Part shown: one piece after another, positions 1 through 13,085 of the stretch
Position numbering within the stretch: position 1 is the stretch's first letter
Layout: the number at the start of each line of letters is the position of its first letter
NCBI GenBank assembly: GCA_020891255.1
Contig: BQFW01000009.1
Span: 1,798,001 to 1,862,000 of the forward strand
Length of the DNA stretch: 64,000 nt
Origin: Entomortierella parvispora E1425
Taxonomy: Eukaryota; Fungi; Mortierellomycota
Direction of reading: 5' to 3'
The notes under the pieces: generated by a model
Told to the model about the DNA's origin: nothing
Database searches by the model: none
What the model saw: only the letters and a program-made list of their open reading frames with translations
Made by a program: the position numbers and the translations under genes

Positions 1-2092
1 CGACTCTGACGATGGCGAAAACCTCGGAAGTGAAGACGAGAAGAGTGACGCGTCTACCGAGAAGGGTGATCAGAAGGAAACGACTAAAGATGTGATCAAG
101 GTAGCCCCCAAAAAGGAGGACAAGGCCGAGTTGATTGCCGCTGAGAACATGGTCATGGGCCGTGTCTCCTGGGGTGTTTATGACATTTATCTCCGAGCAG
201 CGTAAGCAACAGAGTGACGATGCTTGAGAAAGAAGGTGCCCAAGACCTCATGTTAACCCATTCTCTTTTCCTACGATCATAGTACCTACCGCAACTCGAT
301 TCTGTGCGTGGTCCTTTATATCTTGTCGCAGTCCTGCCAGATCGGCACCAATTTGTGGCTTGAGCATTGGACCAGTGTGTCGCCAAATCAAGCGCGTTCC
401 CCGGGCATGTTCTTGGGCATTTACGCTGTGATCACCGTCATGTACATGATCCTGTCCTTTTCTGTCACCTATGTCATCATGGTTTGGGCTGGTCTTCGTG
501 CTACGGCTCGCCTTCACGATGACCTTTTGCATTCGATCCTCCGCTTGCCCATGTCGTTTTTCGATACCACTCCTTTGGGTCGTATCGTGAACCGTTTCTC
601 GACTGATATCTTTGCTACCGACAACACGCTTCCTTGGAGCTTTATGGCCTTGCTCATGTACGGTGTCTCCGTTTTGGGAACCGTGATTGTGATTGCTTGC
701 ACCACTCCAATCTTCCTGGCCATTGTCCCGCCCCTCGGTGTGGGCTTCATGCTTGTCCAGTCCTACTACATCCGACCTTCCCGATCTCTGAAGCGAATTG
801 ATTCGACCAGTCGCTCCCCAGTTTATCAGCACTTTACCGAGACCTTGGTCGGTGTATCGACCATCCGCGCCATGGAAGTGGACGAGCGATTTATCCATGA
901 TAATGAAAGAAAGTCCTCCACTTCTGCCAACGCCTACTTCACCTATCAGATGGTAGCCCGTTGGTTGCAGATCCGTTTGGAGACCCTGGGTGCCGTCATT
1001 GTCTTGGCCGCTGCTCTCTTTTCTGTCTTGGATCGTCGCTCGTTGAGCCCTGGAATGATTGGTATGAGTTTGTCCTACGCCATGACGGTGACTTCGACTA
1101 TCTCACAGTTGATCCGTAACTTTTGCGATCTTCAGAACCAATTGGTCTCTGTCGAACGTGTGGATGAATATCTGAACAAGAATCCTGAATCGCCTCAAGT
1201 AGTCGATGAGGATAATAAGTTGCCCGAGAACTGGCCCCGAGAGGGACGCGTCGAATTTAAAAACTACTCGACCCGTTACCGCCAAGGATTGGACCTTGTT
1301 ATCAAGAACATCAACTTTGAGGTCCTACCCGCGGAGAAGGTTGGTATCGTGGGTAGAACTGGTGCCGGAAAGTCTTCATTGACTTTGGCCCTCTTCCGTA
1401 TTGTCGAAGCTGCCAACTCGCACTGGGCCAAGGCCAGTCATAACGGAGCTGATGTGGACACTGTTTTGTCTGAGGAGGAGCAGATTGTTGATTTGGAAAA
1501 AGTCGAGGTCGAGGAAGACGGAGGATCGATCTGGATCGATGGTGTTGATATTTCAACTGTTGGCTTGAGTCGCCTCCGAAGGAGCCTGGCCATCATTCCT
1601 CAAGACCCCACCTTGTTTGCTGGTACCGTTCGCGAGAACTTGGATCCTTTTGATGAGCTCGAGGATGCTGCCCTCTGGGAAGCCCTGGAACGTGCTCATT
1701 TGAAGGAGTACATCTCTTCCCTGTCTGGAGGTCTTTCTTTCAAGGTCTCCCAGAACGGAGACAACTTTTCGGTTGGTCAACGATCCCTGATCTGTCTTGC
1801 TCGTGCTCTTTTGAGAAAGACAAAGATCCTCGTTTTGGACGAGGCCACGGCCGCTGTTGATGTTGAGACGGACGAGCTCATCCAAAAGACGATCCGTAAA
1901 GAGTTCAAGGATCGCACCATCTTGACCATTGCCCATCGTATCAAGACCGTCATGGACTCTGACAAGATCTTGGTCCTTGAGAAGGGATGCGTCGAGGAAT
2001 TCGAGTCACCCGCTAACTTGCTCCAAAACAAGACCTCGTTGTTTTATAACCTTGCCCAGCAGGCTGGCGAGATCAAGGACGAAGACGAGTAA
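1..2092 (+). CDS. ABCC/MRP (YCF1-like) ABC transporter, tandem copy 1; 5'-truncated by the window edge (linker, TMD2, NBD2)
   Basis: Intron 202-282 (GTAAGC...CATAG) joins the linker exon to ORF 308-2092. Motifs: FFDTTPLGRIVNRFS, Walker A GRTGAGKSS, signature FSVGQRSLICLARA, Walker B ILVLDEAT, IAHR. Stop TAA at 2090-2092. Confidence 0.95.
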
Positions 2093-3103
2093 TAATGGAG
2101 GACAATCTAATCCGCCAGGTGAACTGCATCATGGTTGGGCATTGCTGTGCCAAGCCCTCGCCTTTTTAAAACATCTCTTAGTTCTGTTTCGCCAAGAGGT
2201 GAACGGGAGACATACCCTAGTCCATCTATCATATCTATCATATCTAACATACACGCACGCACACAAACACAGACATACACAACACACACACGCACGCACG
2301 CACATACACAACTCAAAAATACATCCTCTTTTATTTTATCACAACCGCAATTGCTTGTCGACTGATTCAAAGGCAGCGAGCTTTTTCCAAACAGCTGAGA
2401 ATGCCAGGAGAGGGCAATGTGTGGGGGTATGGTATGGACCCCAATATTGGCAGAGAAGGGCAGAGGTGACCGACATGGACGCCAAAACGAATACATGAGC
2501 TCATAGAAGAGTTGAATGCAGTGCTGGCCGTGTGTCCAGGTGTTCCTGGTTGTCAGAGGAAGACTACCCGTTTTGGGGTTCTTGTCAGCTCAACAACACA
2601 CAGCGTCACTTTTTGCCAGGGTTAATTTCTTGGCTTTGCCCACAAGTCGGGTTCGTCCCACCCTGTCCGCAGAAAAGGACCACAGATGGGCCCGCAGGCA
2701 GGCCCGCAGAAGGGCAAAAAGAAAACCGGATTGTGTTTCTTCCCTGTTTTCCCTGAAGAGTGAACGGACTGGTCGCACAAGAGCACTGCGAGGCGCGCAA
2801 CTCTAATGCGGCCCTTTTTTGGACACGAGCGGACAAGACTCAATGTTCCTTGGCACACGGAAGGGACCCAAAGATATCTGCCTCGCAGTTGTTGCCGTGC
2901 GCCCGGTGACCCAAACAAGCGTTCACAGGAAAACAAGAGAGAAGAAAGTTTGGCAAGAGCGTGGGCAAGATTGCCTTCCTGCGTGTGGCCGATTGCCTTT
3001 GGTAGCGTGTGGGCCCGCAGCACAGGGTTCGCAGATTTCGATTTTTATCAAAGGAGTGGACGGACGTAAACATCCTCGGCGTCCACTCGATCGGCAGATT
3101 CGC

Positions 3104-3111
3104 TATAAAAG
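3104..3111 (+). promoter_or_regulatory. TATA box upstream of ABCC copy 2
   Basis: TATAAAAG about 220 nt upstream of the ATG at 3327. Confidence 0.45.
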
Positions 3112-3326
3112 CACCTCATCGCCAACGGGTGGTCGTTTGTTTTTGTCCTTTTTCATTGCAATCCTTTTCTCTCGTTCCCCCCCCCATCGGATTCTTTTTT
3201 TTCTTCTTTATTGTGTTCACATCCCGGTAAACACTCCACAGAACATTTTTCTGTGCCAGGAGAGGCCACAGTGCAACCGCAACAGGATCTCTCATTTTTC
3301 ACTTTTCCGAGTTACACCATCCACCC

Positions 3327-6300
3327 ATGGGCGACTCGTTCTGCCACGACCAAGAAGGCTGGGTAAAGCATTCATATCCACACCTCCTTGACATGTCAAT
3401 TGCAGCTGCATGTGAACTGACTCTACAGTGATTGATGTGATCCAACAGGGTCCCACCTCGGGCAGCAGAGCGGATGTCACGCTCTGCTTCGAGTCGACGT
3501 AAGATTTTTTTTTCTTTGCACCGTCTGAAAGCGGACTCTCCATCGACTGACCCTTTCCCTCCTTTCCTTCCTTTCCCCCTCTCCCCCTCTCTCCTCCCAC
3601 AGAATATTGCTCGGCCTGCCCGCCATCCTCGCCATCGTTGCCTTTGCCTACCGTTTCTACACCCTCATTCACTTTGGCAAGCGCCATGGATTCGGAAGGA
3701 CGAGGAGCATCTACATCCCCTCCCAGACCTTGACTCTGGCCACCTGCGCCGTCCTCATCGCCCGCGCCGTGACTCTTTCACAACAGTCTGGTGGATACGC
3801 GCCAGCATCCATGTTTGGCAACTGCTTGCTTCTCATTGCCTGGTTCCTGGTCCTCCCTCTGAACCATTTGGAAGGACTGTACGAGATCCGATCTTCCTCC
3901 TACATCTTTGCCCACAGCATCATCTCTGCGATCGCAGCCGCCATCAGTGTCAGGACCATGCACGACCTTCAGCAGACCCAATCAACCCAGTACAAGTTCT
4001 TTGTGGCTTACTTGGTCTTGAACCTGGCCGGATTCGTGGTGGAGGCTTGGCCAAGAGGCAGGACCGCCGTACAGAAGAAGAGTGGCGCCAGTGCCTACGA
4101 CAAGGCAAACCTGTTCTCGAGACTGTCGTACCATTTCCTCCAGCGGGTCGTGTCTCTGGGGTACGAGCGACCCTTGACGTTCGAGGATGTGGATGGGTTG
4201 ATGCCAGCGTACATCCGCACCGAGGCCACCTACCCTCATTTGTCCAACAAGTGGGAGCGACATCTGGAAAAATGCCGAGCTAAAGGCAAAAAGCCCTCGT
4301 TGATGAAAATCATTCTCGGATCCTATGGCTACCAATGGGCCGGTATCATGGTTCTTCGTATCTTGACCTCCATCATGACCTATGTGTCGCCACAGGTAGA
4401 GTACCAGCTTTTTTATTTTTTTTATTTTTATAATACTGCATAAGGCAGATTCTCATCGTACTCCTCATCTCTTTTCTGGTCTCGACTTCATTATAGTTGT
4501 TGAACAGTCTGCTGGATTTCATCGAATCCTACACGGTCGTTGTAAACGTGGATGGCACCACAACCTTGGAGCCACAGCCTGTGGCGTTGGGTATTATCCT
4601 GGCCTTTGGCATGTTCTTCAGCTCATTGATGGTGACCTACATGACGGCACAGTTTTACGCAGTGACGATGAACCTGGGCATCGAAATCCGAACGGCATTG
4701 ATCTCGATGATCTACCGAAAATCCCTCAAGCTCTCCAACACGGCCAAGAACACATCGAGCAGTGGTGATATCCAGAACCACATGTCGGTCGATGCTGAGC
4801 GTTGGCCCAACGCGACCACATTTGTTCCCATGCTGATCTCTGTCCCCTTCGAGATCGGTATTGCCGTGTGGATGTTGTGTAGGTCTCACATCCTGAAAAA
4901 GGATTATGGATCTGGACCGCATTTCAAAAACATTGCAGCTAATTGTCACCATCGCTTCCCTTTCTTTTAGACCAGAAAGTGGGGTTTTCAGTGTTTGTGG
5001 GTCTCGGATCGGTTGTAGCCATGCTGCCCTTCCATTATGTGATGGCCAAGGTCTTTGGAAAAGTCAAGGCGGCCAAGTTGGCTGCAATGGATGCACGTCT
5101 TCGATCCGTGAACGAAGTTTTGGCTGGAATCAAAATTGTCAAACTTTACAACTGTAAGTGGCTCATTTTCAAATTGGTGGCGCATGAGACTTGGGGACTC
5201 CAGGGGAAGTCCTTGGGACGCAGCCGACTGTGTTGGCGAGGTCGTTGTGGACATTGAATTGATCATCTCTTTTCTGTTCTTGCCTGCAGGGGAGGATTCT
5301 TTCAAGGACAAGCTCACCACAGCTAGAAGACGGGAGTTGGATGTCCTGAAGAGAATCGGCAAAGTTTTCTCGCTCTTGTCTGTGGCCTTTTCTTCTACGC
5401 CAATGATCATCGCCTTGGTCACCTTCTCCTGTTACGCCACCATTGGAGGACCTGGAGGCTCACGAGGCGAGATCACACCCCAGGTGGTCTTTGTCAGCAC
5501 AAGTTTGTTTGGACTCCTCAGTCGCCCCGTCAGTATGTTGTCCCAGATCATGAACCAGGTCGTCAGTGTCAGCGTGGCCACTACCCGCATGCAAAAGTTT
5601 TTGCTCGCAGAGGAAATCTCAGACTCGGTCGTGGAGCGTGAGGATGAGAATGGCCAGACGACCCCAGTGGTTGAAATCAAGGACGGTGTCTTTGCATGGT
5701 GCAAGGAACATCCCGATGTCGAGACCGAAAAGGAAAAGAAAGCCCGTCTGAAGGAGGAGGCCAAGAAACATCTCAAGGAAGAGAAGGAGGCCCTCAAGGC
5801 AGGCAAACCTGTCCCTATTCGACCCCCAACACCCGAGGAAATCGATCGCTCCCCTCTACTCACTGATATCAACCTGCAAGTCCGAAAGGGCGAGATGACG
5901 GCGATTGTGGGTCGTGTCGGACAAGGAAAAACATCTCTTCTGAGCGCATTGATAGGCGACATGTACATACGTCAAGGAACAGTTCGTGTCCGCGGCCGTG
6001 TCACGTATGCGGCCCAGACTGCATGGATCATCAACGCGAGCTTGAAGGACAACATTGTGTTTGGACGGGAATTTGATCAGAAAAAGTACGACCACATTGT
6101 CTTTGCTTCTGGTCTTTTGCCTGATATCGCCATGCTTCCCGGAGGCGATGCGACCGAAATTGGTGAACGTGGTATCAACTTGTCGGGCGGTCAAAAGCAA
6201 CGCGTCTCTCTTGCTCGTGCCGCCTACCAGGACGCCGAGGTTTACTTGTTGGATGATCCCCTCAGTGCAGTGGATGCTCACGTCGATCAACACCTCTGGG

Positions 6301-8755
6301 AGAACTTGATTGGACCCAATGGATTGCTCAAGAACAAAACTCGACTCCTAGTTACCCATGGCATCCACCATCTGGAGGAAGTTTCTCAGATTGTCGTTGT
6401 GAAGGACGGCAAGATCAGTGAGCAAGGACACTATGATGATCTCATGGCGGCCAAGGGAGCCTTTTGCCAATTGATTGACGAATATTCTGTCAACTCGCGC
6501 CGTAAGAAGGCCAAGGAAGCGGCCGAGGGCAGTGGTGAGTCTGTCGCTGTGGAAACTACCTCTGAGAAAGCCGAAGGTAGCGAGGACAGTTCATCTACAA
6601 AGGAAGGAGATGATGAAACGGCACTGGTACTGGCCAAGACGGACGAGAAGCTTGTCGCTGACGAGAAGATGGAGAAGGGGTCAGTTTCTTGGGACGTCTA
6701 CAGGATCTATCTTGGTGCTGCGTAAGTGCCTTCTATCACTTGAGCTACGGAGTGTATCCTCCTGTGAAAACGATTCTAACCATATTTCATCGATTTCAAT
6801 TGAATAGTTCTTACACCTATTCCGCTGTGGTAGTTTTTATGTTGTTGGCGGCTCAGGGATGTCAGATCGGCACTAATATTTGGCTGGAGCACTGGACAAA
6901 TGTCTCTCCAGATGGCACCGAAAACCCGCCAGGAAAGTTCTTGGCCGTGTACGCTGCCCTGATCTTTATTTACATGGTCATGAACATGGTCCTTACGTAC
7001 ATTGCCATGGTCTGGGCTGGTCTCAGGGCTTCTGAGAGACTTCACGTCCAACTTTTGAACAACATCCTCCGTCTCCCCATGAGGTACAGAAAATTTACCG
7101 TTGTTATATGAAAGGGATGCTCAAAGTTGGATCTCATGTCCTAAACTCCATTGTTTGTGTTGTACCTTTTTTTTCCTGCTAGTTTCTTTGATACCACTCC
7201 TTTGGGACGCATCACCAACCGATTCTCAACCGATATTTATGCGATTGATGACGGAATCCCTTGGGGCTTCATGAGTGTCCTCATCTGCGGTATCTCTGTT
7301 CTGGGCACCATTATCGTCATTGGCACTTCTACCCCCATCTTTTTGGCCATGGTCCCACCCCTGGGAGTGTGTTTCGTCTTGATCCAAATCTACTACATGC
7401 GATCCTCTCGGGCCCTGAAGCGAATCGACTCTATTTCCCGTTCCCCCATCTACCAGCACTTTAGCGAGACCCTCACTGGTGTATCCACGATCCGAGCCAT
7501 GAACGTCGGCGCCGACTTTATTGAAGCCAACGGAACAAAGACAAATGTCTCGGCCAATGCCTACTTTTCCTACATCACCTCAAACCGTTGGCTCCAGATC
7601 CGAATCGAGTCTGTGGGAGCGACCATTATCTTGGGTGCCGGTCTTTTTGCTGTCCTGAGCAGAAACACGCTGAACCCTTCCATGGTTGGATTGGCGTTGT
7701 CGTATGCTCTGAGTGTGACGGAGGATATTACATGGATGGTTCGCAGTTACTGCGATCTTGCCAACCAGATGGTGTCTGTCGAGCGTATCGATGAGTATGT
7801 CCGCAAGAACCAAGAAGCACCAGCTGCTTTGCCCTCGGATGCTGAACTGCCCGAGTCCTGGCCACAAGAGGGTCGTGTTACGTTCAAGAACTACTCGACC
7901 CGGTACAGAGAAGGATTGGAGTTGGTCATCAAGAACCTGTCTTTTGAAGTGCAGGCTGCTGAAAAAGTTGGTATTGTCGGTCGCACAGGCGCCGGCAAGT
8001 CCTCTCTGACGCTGGCTCTTTTCCGAATTGTCGAGGCTGCCAACTCTCATTGGGCCAAGGCCAGTCATAACGGCGACGAGAATTCCATCGATACCCTTCC
8101 AACAGCTACAGACTTGGACGAGAAGAAGGCACCGGTCACAGAGTTGGAGAAGGTTGAGGTCGAGCAGGATGGTGGATCGATCTGGATTGATGGTGTGGAT
8201 ATCTCGACCGTCGGTCTGAGCCGTCTCCGTCAGAGCATTGCCATCATTCCCCAGGACCCCACGTTGTTTGCTGGAACCGTTCGCGAAAACTTGGATCCAT
8301 TTGAAGAGTGCCAAGATGCAGATCTTTGGGAAGCCTTGGAGCGTGCCCACTTGAAGGAGCACATTGCAGGATTGACAGGAGGTCTTTCCTTCATGGTCTC
8401 TCAGAACGGAGACAACTTCTCGGTCGGTCAACGGTCCCTGATCTGTCTTGCACGCGCTCTTTTGAGAAAGACAAAGATTTTGATTCTGGACGAAGCCACG
8501 GCGGCCGTGGATGTGGAGACGGACGAGTTGATTCAAAAGACGATCCGAAAAGAATTCAAGGACCGCACTATCCTGACGATCGCCCATCGTATCAAGACTG
8601 TGATGGATTCGGACAAGATTTTGGTCCTGGAGAAGGGCTGTGTGGAAGAATTCGAGTCTCCAAAGACTTTGGTTCAAAACAAGAACTCGCTGTTTTACAA
8701 TCTGGCTCAGCAAGCAGGCGAGATCAAGGATGACCATGACGACAGTCTCCCTTGA
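3327..8755 (+). CDS. ABCC/MRP (YCF1-like) ABC transporter, tandem copy 2, full length (TMD0-TMD1-NBD1-TMD2-NBD2), 7 introns
   Basis: Spliced N-terminus MGDSFCHDQEGWGPTSGSRADVTLCFESTILLGLP is typical of an MRP TMD0. NBD1 has GRVGQGKTS, LSGGQKQR and YLLDDPLSAVD; NBD2 has GRTGAGKSS, FSVGQ and LDEAT. GT-AG introns near 3363-3448, 3500-3603, 4396-4496, 4880-4969, 5155-5290, 6722-6807 and 7084-7182. Confidence 0.95.
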
Positions 8756-8886
8756 GAATAGGATACCATTTAATCACCCCAGTATACCTTCATTCATTCA
8801 TTCATTTCACTGCCAGGTAACAGTTTTCCAACCCTAGAATAAAGCAGCACAGTATTTCATTACAATAATTATCATTCCTTCTTTTA

Positions 8887-11063
8887 TTAGGTTGGAGGGA
8901 GAGTAGTGCCCGAAAGGGATTCTTCTGGATCAGAAGGTTGGCGCTGCGACTCTGGAGGTGAATGCCGCGTGTTTGGTGACGATGAAGGCACTTGGTATAT
9001 ATGCATTTCGTGATTCATGTCTTCTACACAGTTGTCATCCAGGGGGTGATCGAGGTTAAGACGACGTGCCAACTGACGCTCATACTGCCTCCGCAGATCC
9101 TCGTCCGTGTATCCCTGATAATTCCTGGGTTCGCCTATACTGTTGACAGAGTAGTTCTCGTGAATGATCTGCATGGGTTCCTCCTGGACGAGTCGAGGGT
9201 TGTTGACTTCTGAATGGGTGCGTCCATAAATTAGATAGACGAGAACGCCGGCTGCCATCCAGACCAGTAGCCGAATAATGGCCTCTTGTTTGGCGCCCTG
9301 GAGCAGGAGCAGTGCACTGGCTGCACCAATTCCTGGAACCAAGAAGGGTCCTACAATGTTTTAAAGAAAAGTGAAAGGAGGTCAGGGATATGAACATGCA
9401 CATGCAAATTGCAGAGACAATTCAGCCAAGTGGTCTCTCTTCCTTTTTTTTTTTTTTTTTTACCTCCTGGGACCTTGAATCGCCTGGGAACAGTTTTGCG
9501 GGTATAGCGGAGAATGATGACTCCAATGTTGACGACAAAAAAGGCAAAGATTGTTCCGACAGAGGACATGTCGCTGAGGACGCCAATCGGCAAGAGTCCT
9601 CCACAGAGAGCGCAGATAGTTCCTGAAACGAGGGTGCTCACATAGGGTGTCTAAAAACAAATGCCATGCAGGGACCGAAAAAAAGAATGACGAGAAAATA
9701 AAAAAAATTATTAAAAGACAGCCGAGAAAACCCACGAGAGCTTGCTTGCCGTGTCTGGGCCTTTCGCCCTGCATCCACCTCCCATCCCCACAAGACGAGA
9801 CTCTTTGATTCTTTTTTTTTTTTTTTTTTTTTTGTGGATATATCTTACCTTGTATCTAGGATGCACCTTTCCAAAGACGCGGGGGATCATACCATCATTC
9901 GCCATGGCATAGAAAACACGAGGTTGGGCAATCAAGAGCACCAGGATCACGGACGTTGTGGCGGCCAAGGCTCCGATCTCGGTGAGGATCACGAGCCATT
10001 TCATCCCTGTCAGCTTGACAGTATACACCAGCGGCGACCCAGAGCCCAATTGTGTGTAATTAGCAACGCCCACCGTCACCACACTGATCGCAATATAAAC
10101 GGTGGCGCTGATCAGCAGCGTCATCATGATTCCAATGGGCAGATTCACTTGAGGCTCCCTGGCTTCCTGCGCCGTGGTCGAAACAGAGTCAAATCCAATG
10201 TAGGCGAAAAACACGGTCGAAGCACTCTGCAAGAGACCCGACACACCAAACTGACCATACGTGCCATCGTTGGGTGGGATATAAGGATGGTAGTTATCGG
10301 TGTTGATGAATGGAATCAAGGCAAAGATCATGATGATCAGCACAGTCATCTTGAACGCCACCAACACGTTGTTGATTCGAGCCGTCATGCTGATCCCAAA
10401 GACAATGACGGTGGTCACGATCATGGAGATGACAAAGGCGGGGGCGTTGAAGATGGCGCCCGAGGATTGAAACTGGTTGTTTTCCCAGATGATGGGCGCG
10501 CTGGTCCATCGACTGTAGAGCAAGTCCACGCCAAAGGCGTCCTGAAGAAAAGCGACAAAGTACTGGGACCAGCCCACAGATACGGTCGCAGCGCCAATCA
10601 TGTACTCCAGAATCAAGTCCCAGCCAATGATCCATGCAGTGAGTTCTCCCAGGGTCGCGTACGCATATGTGTAGGCTGATCCGGCAATGGGGATCATAGA
10701 CGCCATTTCTGCATAGGATAGCGCGGCGATCCCAGAGACGATTCCTCCGAGAATGAACGAGATGGTCACCGAGGGACCAGTTTGGAAAGCGGCTGCGTTT
10801 CCTGGAGAGTCAAAAAAAAAAAAAAAAAAAAAAAAAGAGGTCAACGTTGGGCGAAAGAAGCATCCACAGGTTAGGTTAGGGGCTAAATAACAGTAGGCTT
10901 GTGCATCGGTTGTTTGTTTGGGCTTGGGCGGTGGGAATGTTAATAGTCTTTCCTCCGCTGCCTCTTTTTTTCTTTTTTCTTTCTTACCGAGCAAAACAAA
11001 GACGCCTGTACCAACGACAGCACCTACAAGAAGCAACAGCAAGAAGCAGCAGAAAGTAGAAAC

Positions 11064-11100
<37 letters not shown>

Positions 11101-11667
11101 AACGGGAAGAAAACAGACGGTTAGCAGCGGGCAATGGGCCGTTGAGGGTTGATTGGAGTGGGCTAGCGGTCGATCGTTGGGGAAGGGTGGTGTCACCAAA
11201 GTTGCTGTTTCTGGCAGTGGTTTGTGCTCAAGTTCCTTGCGTCTTCCCGCGCATCGTCCATCTAGTTTTTTTTTTCTTTCTGCTCTGGAGCAGGGTTGTT
11301 GCATGCAGGGGTAGACACGATTCCATCGACAGGTCCCCTTCCTTTGTTCTGTTGTTTTCGTTGATTTCCTTGTTTTTTGTTGGTTGCTTATGGTGGGCCA
11401 ATTGAGCTTGTAATTGAGAAGGGGAGAGAGAGAGAGAGAGAGAGAAAGACAGAAAGGATTGTGTTGTATCATACCCAGACCGACAAAGGTCAGCTCAACT
11501 GGACCGAGAGATCGATTGAATCTGGACTCTGCTTCCTCAACAGAGTACTCGAGTCGAGCCAGGGTCTGGATGGCGACAAGTTTCCGGGCATGGTACCGAA
11601 GAAAGGACTCGTTTGGTTTTCGGAACGGTGTCTGGCCGGTGTAGTAGTAGCCCTCGTCCTCGTCCAT
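8887..11667 (-). CDS. APC-superfamily amino-acid permease, cationic amino-acid transporter (CAT/SLC7A1-4, YfnA-like) type
   Basis: Spliced SLGPVELTFVGLG|AVVGTGVFVLLG (36-nt exon 10988-11023), then GPSVTISF...YAEMASMIPIAGSAYTYAYATLGELTAWIIGWDLILEY, FFAYIGFD and QPRVFYAMANDG. ATG at 11667, TAA at 8887-8889. Confidence 0.92.
11065..11100. repeat. (CAA)12 microsatellite in permease intron 1
   Basis: Perfect CAA run read directly from the sequence. Confidence 0.9.
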
Positions 11668-12003
11668 TGGTCAAGGACGATGGTCGGGTGGTATAGGAGT
11701 TTTTGGTGTGGTGGTGGTGGTGGTAGTAGTAATAGAGTTATGGGAAGGGATAGAGGAAGGGAAGGGTAAACTAAAGGAAGTGTGGGAGACCAATGGGGGA
11801 GAAAGGAGAAAGGAGACAGACGGACGAGGATGCAGATGCAAACGCAGAAGGAGCGGGACAGACAATGGAAGAAAGAAAGAAAGAATGAAAGAATGAAAGC
11901 AGCAGAAACCGAGCCAATTGCAATTGCGGGGTGGAAGGAGGGAAGGAAGGAACGATGAGAGAGCGGGGCGGAGAGAGAAGGGAGGGCAGAGGAGAATAGA
12001 GGA

Positions 12004-12075
12004 GAATGAATGAATGAATGAATGAATGAATGAATGAATGAATGAATGAATGAATGAATGAATGAATGAATGAAT
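12004..12075. repeat. (GAAT)18 tetranucleotide microsatellite
   Basis: Perfect 72-nt run in the divergent permease/TF intergenic region. Confidence 0.95.
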
Positions 12076-12369
12076 AAGAATGATGAAGGTGGGGGTGAAC
12101 AGAAAGAAAGAAAGAAAGAAGAGAGGATGGAGATGAGGGGATGCAAGGAGAAGAGAGATGACCGAGAGGGAATGACAGAAAAGAGTGAGGGAGAGGCTGA
12201 TCACACGCACAACGGACAGACAGAAGGACAGAAGGGAGGAGGAGGAGGAGGAGGCAGTGTGATTTTTTTTTTTTTTTTTTTTCTTTCTTTCTTTTCTTTT
12301 TTTTCACACTCTGTGTGGGCAAAGAATGAAGCAGTGTCCTATCTCGACAGATGAAAAATGCACTGCACA

Positions 12370-12371
<2 letters not shown>

Positions 12372-12426
<55 letters not shown>
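12372..12426. repeat. (GT)~27 dinucleotide microsatellite
   Basis: Perfect GT run; alternating purine-pyrimidine, so Z-DNA-prone. Confidence 0.95.
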
Positions 12427-12427
<1 letters not shown>

Positions 12428-12942
12428 TGAGTCGAAGAGACGACCCTTTCTTTTCTTTTTCCTTTTCTTCTTTTTCGCCTGCATCCATCCGCCTGTCCAT
12501 TCATTCATTCATTCGTCTTCATTCATTCATACTCTCTTGTTTAAATCTCCATCCTCTCCTCTCCTTCGCTCCTTCTCTCCTTCTCTCCCTCCCTTCCCTC
12601 TCCCGTTTGCTCTCGCATCCGGGTTTGCTTCCTTCCCTTCCTTCCTTCCCTTCCCTTCCTTCCCTTCCCTTCCCTTCCCTGTCTGCATTGGTTGGCTCCA
12701 TTGCTCCATTGATCATTTGCATTCATTCACCCTTCCTTCCTCCTTCTCTTCTCTTCTCTTGCTCTTCTCTTCTCACTTGCTTCCTTCTTCTCTCTCTTCT
12801 CTCTCCTTTCTTCTCTTGACAGACACACACACCCCTCTCCTTCACAATCCTCAACGCTCTCCCCACTCCTCACTCTTCTCCTCCCAGCATAACCTCGAGT
12901 AGAACCTCCCTCTGCCTCGGGTCCTACTCGTTGTCCTCTTCC

Positions 12943-12975
<33 letters not shown>

Positions 12976-13085
12976 TCCCCTTCCTCTTCTTCCATCACGC
13001 CACGCTGCAGCCTTCCATCGCCAACCTAATCACATCCCCCCTTCCTCCCTCCCTTCTTTCCTTCTTTGCTCCGTAACACTCAACG

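Noticed and set aside
7580-8737. Long antisense ORFs (also 17631-18551, 51311-52438, 58043-58720)
   Set aside because: They are shadows of well-supported genes on the opposite strand, with no independent motifs.
11377-12902. Many 60-245 aa ORFs (poly-HT, CV, FIHS, GR)
   Set aside because: They are translations of microsatellites and purine/pyrimidine tracts.
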